DNA of 16,808 nt from an uncultured Aquificales bacterium. Its GTDB lineage: Bacteria > Thermosulfidibacterota > Thermosulfidibacteria > Thermosulfidibacterales > Thermosulfidibacteraceae. Location: the NCBI GenBank assembly GCA_964411615.1, contig CAYPLO010000037.1, positions 1-16,808 of the forward strand, written 5' to 3'. The stretch's first letter is position 1. Every line of letters begins with the position of its first letter. The translations under genes and the position numbers were made by a program. Positions 10,522 through 16,808 of the stretch are shown here, one piece after another. The notes under the pieces are model-generated. The model made no database searches. It worked only from the letters and a program-made list of their open reading frames with translations, and was not told where the DNA came from.

Positions 10522-11753
10522 TACTTCTGCTCCTCTCCAGAGGAGGCTTATGCGGTGGCTTCACAGAAGCCATTGAGAGGGTGGCGCCTTCGGTTGTGAA
10601 CATCTACACCACAAAGAAGGTGAAGCTCAAACCCAACACCCCCTACCAGTACTTCGCCCAGCTCTACGGATACATGCCAAAGGAGATAACCAGAAGGAGC
10701 CTCGGCTCCGGCCTTGTGTACGACGCAGAGGGCCACATCATAACCAACTACCACGTGGTTGAGGGAGTGGACAGTATAAAGGTGGTCTTTGAGGATGGAA
10801 CAGAGCTTCCTGCAAAGCTTGTGGGATACGACAAGGCAACGGACATAGCGGTCCTCAAGGTAGACCCCAAAAAGCACAGGTTAAAGCCCGCCCCTCTGGG
10901 TGATTCTGACACCCTGAAGGTGGGTGAGTGGGTGATAGCCATAGGCAACCCCTTCGGCCTCAGCTTCACAGCCACAGCGGGGATAGTATCCGCCAAGGGG
11001 AGGGTTGTGGGTGAGAGGGTCTACGACCAGTTCATCCAGACCGATGCTGCAATAAACCCTGGAAACAGCGGAGGCCCCCTCATAAACACCCGGGGAGAGG
11101 TGATTGGGATAAACACAGCCATAGTGAAACGGGCCCATGGGATAGGATTTGCGGTTCCCATAAACACGGTAAAGAGCGTGGTGAGCCAGCTCATAACAAG
11201 TGGGAAGGTGGAGAGGGGCTGGCTCGGAGTTGAAGCCGAGGATGCAAGGCCCAGAGGGGCAAGGATAACCAAGGTGATAAAGGGAGGACCAGCCTACAGG
11301 GCCGGACTGAAACCTGGGGATGTGATAGTGGCCTTCAACGGGAAGAGGGTTGAAAGGACCCTTGACCTGCCAAGATGGATTGCAGAGACCCCTCCAGGAA
11401 GCACCGTTGAGCTGACCATAATAAGAGATGGGAAGGTGCTTAAAAAGAGGGTGAGACTCGGTGTCCTTAAAGAGCTCAACCTATCCGACAGAACCCTGAA
11501 AATCCTGAGAAGACTCGGAATAAACATAGGCTCAGACCAGAAAGGCTTCTTTATAAAATCGCTGATTCCAAAAACCCCCGCATCCGAATCCCCCTTGAGG
11601 AAAGGGGACAGGATACTTGAGATAAACAGAATTCCCGTAAAATCGGCCGAGGATATAGACAGAGCACTAAAGAACACGAGGCCCGGAGATTTTGTTATTC
11701 TAAGGGTTGAAAGGAAAGGAAAGAAACTCTACATCGCCGTCCAGCTCAGGTAA
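10482..11753 (+). CDS. htrA: HtrA/DegP/DegQ-family periplasmic serine protease with two PDZ domains
   Basis: Catalytic triad motifs TNYHVV (His), TDIAVLK (Asp) and TDAAINPGNSGGPL (Ser). PDZ1 RGWLGV...AGLKPGDVIV and PDZ2 ...LRKGDRILEIN. The ATG at 10482 gives a signal-peptide-like [19 protein letters not shown], but the exact start is uncertain. Confidence 0.92.
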   Translation: MRRYLSLWCHTFLILLLLSRGGLCGGFTEAIERVAPSVVNIYTTKKVKLKPNTPYQYFAQLYGYMPKEITRRSLGSGLVYDAEGHIITNYHVVEGVDSIKVVFEDGTELPAKLVGYDKATDIAVLKVDPKKHRLKPAPLGDSDTLKVGEWVIAIGNPFGLSFTATAGIVSAKGRVVGERVYDQFIQTDAAINPGNSGGPLINTRGEVIGINTAIVKRAHGIGFAVPINTVKSVVSQLITSGKVERGWLGVEAEDARPRGARITKVIKGGPAYRAGLKPGDVIVAFNGKRVERTLDLPRWIAETPPGSTVELTIIRDGKVLKKRVRLGVLKELNLSDRTLKILRRLGINIGSDQKGFFIKSLIPKTPASESPLRKGDRILEINRIPVKSAEDIDRALKNTRPGDFVILRVERKGKKLYIAVQLR

Positions 11754-12585
11754 CCACAGAGTAGGCATCCGAGTTCAAGAATTCCTTCAAAAAGAGATTG
11801 TGCAGCTGGTGACCGCTCTTGTATGCCTTCACCTTTCCTTCTATGAAGCTACCGGACAGGGCAAAATCCGCTATAAGGTCAAGGACCTTGTGCCTCACAG
11901 GCTCAGCCTCAAACCTGGGGGGACCGTTCAGTATACCATCTCTGCCAACCACAACAACGTTCTTGTAATTACCCCCCCTGCCCAAGCCACTCTTCAGAAG
12001 ATGGGCTATCTGCTCGTAGAAGCAGTAGGTCCTGGCGGGAGCTATAAGCCTCTTGTAGTCCTCGGGTGTGAAGACAAAGTTAAAGGCCTGATAGCTGAGG
12101 TATGGATGGTCATAGCTTATTACACACTCCACCTCCATTGTTCCCCTATCCGAAGGCTCAACCTCAATGTAGGCGTCCTTCTGCTCAACCCTGAAGGGCC
12201 TTTCCACCTTGATAACCCTCCAGGGCCTTCCCAGGCCCTCGGTCCCCACCTCCTCTATCATCTCCACAAACTCCTTGGCGCTTCCGTCAAGTATGGGTAT
12301 CTCCTCCCCCCTCACCTCCACCACAGCATCGGTCACACCGCACCCGTAAAGGGCCGAAAGCAGATGCTCAACGGTCCTGATGGAGGTTCCATTCCTGCCA
12401 AGGACCGTGGCGAACCTCACATCCACAACGCTCTCGGGAGATGCCTTTATCCTCTCCTTACCCTTGGCAAATACAACAGCGCCTCCGTCATTAACTGCAG
12501 GGTGCAAAACAATTTTACAGAACTTACCGGTGTGTATGCCAAACCCCTCTATCTCAAGCTCCCTCTTAAGAGTTCTTCTCTCCAT
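11746..12585 (-). CDS. lpxC: UDP-3-O-acyl-N-acetylglucosamine deacetylase
   Basis: Motifs RTLK...GFGIHTG, TVEHLLSAL, EIPILDGSA, IAPARTY, Zn-binding RHKVLD and KSGH. SD CAGGAGGT lies 5 nt upstream. Confidence 0.96.
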   Translation of the reverse strand: MERRTLKRELEIEGFGIHTGKFCKIVLHPAVNDGGAVVFAKGKERIKASPESVVDVRFATVLGRNGTSIRTVEHLLSALYGCGVTDAVVEVRGEEIPILDGSAKEFVEMIEEVGTEGLGRPWRVIKVERPFRVEQKDAYIEVEPSDRGTMEVECVISYDHPYLSYQAFNFVFTPEDYKRLIAPARTYCFYEQIAHLLKSGLGRGGNYKNVVVVGRDGILNGPPRFEAEPVRHKVLDLIADFALSGSFIEGKVKAYKSGHQLHNLFLKEFLNSDAYSVVT

Positions 12586-12712
12586 CCCCCACCTCCTGTA
12601 ATCAGGCTAAACAAAGGACCACAATCCTTCAATGTGAAAAGAAGCCCAAAATGGGCCCTGAAGTGTTGACTTTTTGACACACTTGTTTATGAGCGCTTGT
12701 TTACTGTAGTTT

Positions 12713-13471
12713 ATGAGCATGAACCTGAAAGTGGCGGTTATACAGCCCCCTCTAAAGGAGCCTGAAAGCTTTGTGTTAGATGCCCTCGCCCACTTAGAGG
12801 ACCACCATGTTGCTGTCCTTCCGGAGATGTGGCTAACGGGCTTTGACACCTCACCGGAAGCTTTGGAAAAGAGTTCAGCCTTCATAGAACGGGTAAAGGA
12901 GCTATCAAAGGGGATGGATACCCTGATATTTGCAGGCACATTCCCCTGTAAGGAGGGTGAAAAGGCATACAACACATCTGTTGTTATACATAGAGGAAGC
13001 ATAGTGCACACAAGGAGAAAGCTATACCTGTTCCAGCCCATGGGTGAGGATAAGCTCTTCTGCCCAGGAGAACCGCCGAAAATCCTCACCTACCAGGGGG
13101 TGGGCTTCTCCGTTGTCATCTGCTACGAACTGAGGTTCCCCGATATATTTTACCTTATAGGCCTAAAGAAACCCCAGATTATCGTGGTTCAGGCCCAGTG
13201 GCCCTCTGCCAGGCACCATCACTGGAGGAAACTGCTCAGGGCAAGGGCCATAGAATCGCAGGCCTTTGTGATTGCCGCCAATGTGGTGGGCAAAAGAAAG
13301 GACCTGGTCTTCAATGGTGGTTCTGCCGTAATACACCCCTTGGGAGAGACCATGGTGGAAGCCAACAGATGCGAAACCGTCCTCAGCTGCAGTATAAGCT
13401 TAGAAGAGGTGGAGAAGTACCGGAAACAGATACCGGTCCTGGAGGATATGGGAAGGTATGGGGTTGTTTGA
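12713..13471 (+). CDS. Carbon-nitrogen hydrolase (nitrilase superfamily; MtnU/YafV omega-amidase-like)
   Basis: Glu-Lys-Cys triad in LPEMW, RKLYLF and ICYELRFP. Also AQWP, W..LLRARAIE and GGSAVIHPLG. The start is either the ATG at 12713 or the ATG at 12719. Confidence 0.9.
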   Translation: MSMNLKVAVIQPPLKEPESFVLDALAHLEDHHVAVLPEMWLTGFDTSPEALEKSSAFIERVKELSKGMDTLIFAGTFPCKEGEKAYNTSVVIHRGSIVHTRRKLYLFQPMGEDKLFCPGEPPKILTYQGVGFSVVICYELRFPDIFYLIGLKKPQIIVVQAQWPSARHHHWRKLLRARAIESQAFVIAANVVGKRKDLVFNGGSAVIHPLGETMVEANRCETVLSCSISLEEVEKYRKQIPVLEDMGRYGVV

Positions 13472-14507
13472 CATCTTCAGGAGAAGAAAAGAGGAAGTTG
13501 GCATAGGTATAGACATAGGCAGCACCGCCATAAAGGTGGCGGTAACCACAAAGGAGAAGGGGGGAGAATACAAGATACGGGACATAATACACCATCCCAT
13601 ACCATCGGGCATCGTAGATAAGGGAAACATTCTGGACCCAAACAGACTGCTGAAGGAGATAAGAGAGATAAAGGGCAGAATCCCACAGGGGTTCTCATCC
13701 TACGCCTTCTCCCCTTACAAGACCACCCTTTTTTCCTTCAAACTCATAAAAGAGGTCAGGGTAGAGGACATAGAGAAGGCGGTTTACAAGGAGGTGTCCC
13801 ACAGGATACCCGTGCCCATATCCGAGCTCTCAATAGACTACGACTACTCGTCCCTTGAGGATGGAAGCAGAACTGTGACGGTTATAGTAGGAAAAAAGAA
13901 GCACATAGAGGACATGGTCAACCTGCTTGAAGAAGCAGGAGTTAAAGTGGACTCCATAACGAGCACATACGCCGCAATAGCAAACACAGCCCTTGTCTCC
14001 TTCCCAGATGTGTTTCAGGCAGGTTGCGGCATGGTGGTGGATATAGGATACTCCATGTGCTGCTGTGTATGCATAAACAGAAGCATCGCAACCCACGGAG
14101 GCTGTATAGAGAGCGGAGTAGGTATAATTGAAGAAGAGGTTGCAGCAGCCACCTCATCAACGGAGGAAGAAACGAGACTGAAAGTGATAAAAGAGGAAGT
14201 GAAGCCAGAGATACTGGATGCGGCAGCCTTCAGATTCATGGACAGAGTTCTCGGGGAGGTGGACGCATACTCAACCCTCTGCCAGAGCGAAACGCCGGTT
14301 CCCTGCAACAACTTCTGCCTTGTACTTTCTGGAGGAGGCTCAGCCATAGCAGACATGGGAAACAGGTTCAGGATGCAGCTTGCCTCCTACGAAGTGCACC
14401 TTCTGGACCCTTTGGCCCATTTCACCGTATCACCTGAGGTCATGGAGAAGATGGAGAGGCTCGGCTCTCCGAGATTCACGGTGGCCATAGGGGCAAGCCT
14501 TTTATGA
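13458..14507 (+). CDS. PilM/FtsA-like actin-fold ATP-binding protein (most like type IV pilus PilM, divergent)
   Basis: PilM-like N-terminus MGLF..RRRK..IGIDIGSTAIK (phosphate-1), P.GIV..G.I.D, IPVP...DY, LLEEAG, phosphate-2 VVDIG, adenosine motif VLSGGGS and C-terminal AIGA. Length 349 aa. Confidence 0.75.
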   Translation: MGLFDIFRRRKEEVGIGIDIGSTAIKVAVTTKEKGGEYKIRDIIHHPIPSGIVDKGNILDPNRLLKEIREIKGRIPQGFSSYAFSPYKTTLFSFKLIKEVRVEDIEKAVYKEVSHRIPVPISELSIDYDYSSLEDGSRTVTVIVGKKKHIEDMVNLLEEAGVKVDSITSTYAAIANTALVSFPDVFQAGCGMVVDIGYSMCCCVCINRSIATHGGCIESGVGIIEEEVAAATSSTEEETRLKVIKEEVKPEILDAAAFRFMDRVLGEVDAYSTLCQSETPVPCNNFCLVLSGGGSAIADMGNRFRMQLASYEVHLLDPLAHFTVSPEVMEKMERLGSPRFTVAIGASLL

Positions 14508-15799
14508 GACAGGTGGTTCTCTTCGCACCTCAGGGCATGCTGGGATACGGCTATCCCGTAAGCTCCTTGGAGAGGGCCCTATCCTTCAACCCCCATATGA
14601 TAGGGGTGGACGCCGGCTCAACAGACGCCGGACCCTACAGACTGGGCTCTGGAAAACCCACCGTATCTGAGGAGGCGGTACGAAAGGACCTCGCCCCTCT
14701 GGTCAGGGCATCCACAGCACTCAAAATACCCCTGATAATAGGCTCGGCCGGAGGGGCAGGGGCAAAGCCCCACTTAGAGTGGGTTCTATCCATACTCAGG
14801 GATATTTTGAAGAACGAGGGGCTATCGGCAAAGGTGGGAGTCATATACTCTGACGTTGACAAAGACTGGCTTAAAAAGAAGCTGAGAAAGGGGGAGGTCA
14901 GGCCTCTGGGGCCGGTTCCTCAGCTAACAGAGGAAGACATAGACAGCGCAAGGCACATAGTGGCCGTCATGGGCACAGACCCTTACATAAAGGCCCTTGA
15001 GGCGGGATGTCAGATAATCGTAGCAGGCAGGTCCAACGACCCAGCCATATTCGCATCATTCGCCATCATGCAGGGTATAGACTACGGATACGCCTTCCAC
15101 GCAGGAAAGATACTGGAGTGCGGAGCCATAGCCGCAACACCGGGAACCGCATCGGACGGAATGCTGGCGTTTCTCTCCAGAGACCACTTTGAAGTGGAGC
15201 CTGCAAATCTGAAAAGAGTCTGCACCACTCTATCGGTTGCAGCCCACAGCCTTTACGAGAAGGAACACCCATATCTGATACCGGGGCCCGAAGGCACCCT
15301 AAATATAAAAGAGGCAAAGTTCACCCAGATAACAGATAGGAGAGTGCGAGTAGAAGGGTCCACATTTGAACCATCCCGGGAAAGATGGATAAAGATAGAG
15401 GGCGCAAAAGAAGCAGGATACCGCAGCATATTCATAGCCTTCATAAAGGACCCCATAATGATACAGGCCAAGGACGAGTGGATAAAAGCCACAGAGGAAG
15501 AGGCGAGAAGGTACTTCGGAAACGACCACAGGCTTTTCTTCCACCTCAGGGGAAAAGGTGAGGCAACGCTCATAGTTGAGGCCATAGCACCCACCCAGGA
15601 AGAGGCCCAGGCTGTATGCTCTTGGACCCGCTCCTACCTCATGCACTACCACTACAGGGGAAGGAAGGCCACATCGGGAAACCTCGCAATCCCCTTCTCT
15701 CCCTCCGACATTCCCATGGGCAGAGTTTACGAATTCAACATACACCATCTGGTAAAAGATGAGCCGGGAATATTTGAATTCGCAACAGAAGTGCTATAA
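14504..15799 (+). CDS. AtuA/DUF1446-family protein of unknown function
   Basis: Motifs GMLGYG, DAGSTDAGP..LG.G, IIGSAGGAG, IVAVMG..P, IIVAGR..DP, HAGKILECGA and VAAHSLYEK..P, which I recall as typical of this family. ATGA overlap with the upstream gene. Confidence 0.75.
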   Translation: MRQVVLFAPQGMLGYGYPVSSLERALSFNPHMIGVDAGSTDAGPYRLGSGKPTVSEEAVRKDLAPLVRASTALKIPLIIGSAGGAGAKPHLEWVLSILRDILKNEGLSAKVGVIYSDVDKDWLKKKLRKGEVRPLGPVPQLTEEDIDSARHIVAVMGTDPYIKALEAGCQIIVAGRSNDPAIFASFAIMQGIDYGYAFHAGKILECGAIAATPGTASDGMLAFLSRDHFEVEPANLKRVCTTLSVAAHSLYEKEHPYLIPGPEGTLNIKEAKFTQITDRRVRVEGSTFEPSRERWIKIEGAKEAGYRSIFIAFIKDPIMIQAKDEWIKATEEEARRYFGNDHRLFFHLRGKGEATLIVEAIAPTQEEAQAVCSWTRSYLMHYHYRGRKATSGNLAIPFSPSDIPMGRVYEFNIHHLVKDEPGIFEFATEVL

Positions 15800-15802
15800 A
15801 TT
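15774..15802 (+). promoter_or_regulatory. Candidate internal sigma-70 promoter for rubrerythrin
   Basis: TTGAAT (15774-15779), 17 nt, then TAAATT (15797-15802). An overlapping TGcTATAAA is also present. SD AGGAGGT at 15819-15825. Confidence 0.4.
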
Positions 15803-15832
15803 TAGGAAAAACAAAACCAGGAGGTGCCACAG

Positions 15833-16336
15833 ATGAGGAAGATGACGGACAGATTTCTCAGGGAGGCCTTTGCCGGTGAGAGCCAGGCCCACATGAAGTA
15901 CATCCTCTATGCCAAGAAGGCAGAGGAGGAAGGGTTCAAGAACGTGGCCAGGCTGTTCAGGGCCATAGCCTTCGCCGAGGAGATACACGCCTTCCATCAT
16001 TTCAGGGTTATGGGACAGCTGGGCTCCACGGTAGACAACCTCCAGGACGCCATAAACGGCGAGAACTTTGAGATTGAAGAGATGTACCCCACATACGAGA
16101 ACACGGCAAAACTCCAGAACGAGGAGAACGCCCAGAAGACCTTCAAGTGGGCCCTTGAAGCGGAGAAGGTCCACTCCACCCTGTACTCCAAGGCCAAGGA
16201 GGCAGTATCCCAGGGCAAGGACTTTGAAGTGGGAGACATATACATCTGCCCCTTCTGCGGATGGACAGTGACAGGCAATGCCCCCGAAAGATGTCCCCTG
16301 TGCGGAGCTACAAAGGAGAAGTTCGTAAAGTTTTAA
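15833..16336 (+). CDS. rbr: Rubrerythrin (di-iron domain plus C-terminal rubredoxin-like domain)
   Basis: Motifs AFAGESQA..KY, ARLFRAIA.AE.IHA, AI.GE..E..EMYP and EAEK.H, plus CPFCG...CPLCG. The GTG at 15824 lies inside the SD, so the ATG at 15833 is preferred. Confidence 0.95.
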   Translation: MRKMTDRFLREAFAGESQAHMKYILYAKKAEEEGFKNVARLFRAIAFAEEIHAFHHFRVMGQLGSTVDNLQDAINGENFEIEEMYPTYENTAKLQNEENAQKTFKWALEAEKVHSTLYSKAKEAVSQGKDFEVGDIYICPFCGWTVTGNAPERCPLCGATKEKFVKF

Positions 16337-16344
16337 AACATCAG

Positions 16345-16365
16345 GGCGAGGGGCCCTCCCTCGCC
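16345..16365. terminator. GC-rich stem-loop after rbr (possible terminator, pause or stability hairpin)
   Basis: GGCGAGGG (16345-16352) pairs with CCCTCGCC (16358-16365): a perfect 8-bp stem with a 5-nt loop. No U-tract follows on the + strand. Confidence 0.4.
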
Positions 16366-16378
16366 TGCTGGAGAAACG

Positions 16379-16808
16379 ATGTTCATTGATGCTGACATAA
16401 TAGAGCTTCTGGAAAGACTGGAAGATAAAACGACCAAAACCGTTATAGTTAAGATACTGAGACTGATAGAGGAACTGTACAGGGGAGAGCTGCGGAATCT
16501 GAGAGAGGCCATATTGGAATTGACAGAAGCTCAGAAAAGAACCGAAGAGAAGCTCAATCAGCTTTCAGAGGCCCAGAAGAAGACTGAAGAGCAACTCGGC
16601 CAGCTAACAAAAAGGGTTAACGAACTTGCCGAAGCCCAGAAAAGAACAGAGGAAAAGCTCAGTGAATTAACAAAAGCTCAGAAGGAGACTGAAGAGAAGG
16701 TGAAAGAGCTCGCAAAGGCACAGAAGAGCACTGAAGAAAGAGTGAGTAGGCTCGAGGAAGCTGTAGCAAAGCTCATCGAAGCTCAGAGAAAAACTGAAGA
16801 AAGAGTGA
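16379..16808 (+). CDS. Coiled-coil repeat protein ('LAEAQKRTEE'-type, DUF3782-like), 3'-truncated by the window edge; paralogue of 1..248
   Basis: Not in the ORF track. From the ATG at 16379 (GGAG SD at 16370-16373): MFIDADIIELLERLEDKTTKTVIVKILRLIEELYRGELRNLREAILELTEAQKRTEEKLNQLSEAQKKTEEQLGQLTKRVNELAEAQKRTEEKLSELTKAQKETEEKVKELAKAQKSTEERVSRLEEAVAKLIEAQRKTEERV, open to the end of the window. Confidence 0.88.
   Translation, partial: MFIDADIIELLERLEDKTTKTVIVKILRLIEELYRGELRNLREAILELTEAQKRTEEKLNQLSEAQKKTEEQLGQLTKRVNELAEAQKRTEEKLSELTKAQKETEEKVKELAKAQKSTEERVSRLEEAVAKLIEAQRKTEERV
16520..16808 (+). repeat. In-frame degenerate 42-nt tandem repeat (6 units) with two 21-nt inserts
   Basis: Units: LTEAQKRTEEKLNQ, LSEAQKKTEEQLGQ, [LTKRVNE], LAEAQKRTEEKLSE, LTKAQKETEEKVKE, LAKAQKSTEERVSR, [LEEAVAK], LIEAQRKTEERV... 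Confidence 0.85.

Noticed and set aside
11707..12669. 320-aa + strand ORF
   Set aside because: It is antisense to lpxC over almost its whole length and has no motifs.
15794..15806. TAAATTTA palindrome upstream of rbr as a PerR/Fur box
   Set aside because: It is only 8 bp, overlaps a stop codon and a -10 element, and does not match the 7-1-7 consensus.
16520..16808. Periodic sequence as a possible CRISPR array
   Set aside because: The repeats are degenerate at third codon positions, in frame and have no unique spacers. No cas genes are present.
1..16808. The whole block as a composite transposon or prophage bounded by inverted repeats
   Set aside because: There is no transposase, integrase or phage gene, the cargo is housekeeping, and the terminal similarity is degenerate coding homology rather than exact inverted repeats.

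Overview
A densely coded 16.8 kb chromosomal segment. It most likely comes from a thermophilic, anaerobic Gram-negative bacterium; this is inferred from lpxC, rubrerythrin, IorA and heavy AGG/AGA-Arg and ATA-Ile codon use. The left arm (- strand) carries carB, a sigma-54-dependent response regulator and a truncated coiled-coil repeat gene. The central arm (+ strand) carries a glycine-zipper lipoprotein, PaaK-like aryl-CoA ligase 1, an ACT protein, PaaK-like ligase 2, IorA (no IorB) and an HtrA/DegP protease, converging on lpxC (-). The right arm (+ strand) carries a nitrilase-family amidase, an orphan Cys-rich PilM-like actin-fold protein, an AtuA/DUF1446-like protein, rubrerythrin and a second truncated coiled-coil repeat gene. 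The two edge genes are missing from the ORF track. They are paralogues built from an 'LxxAQ(K/R)xTE(E/D)' 14-aa repeat, both point outward, and the window ends inside the repeat tract at both ends. I saw no rRNA, tRNA, CRISPR array or transposase. Family assignments rest on motif recognition only; no searches were run.
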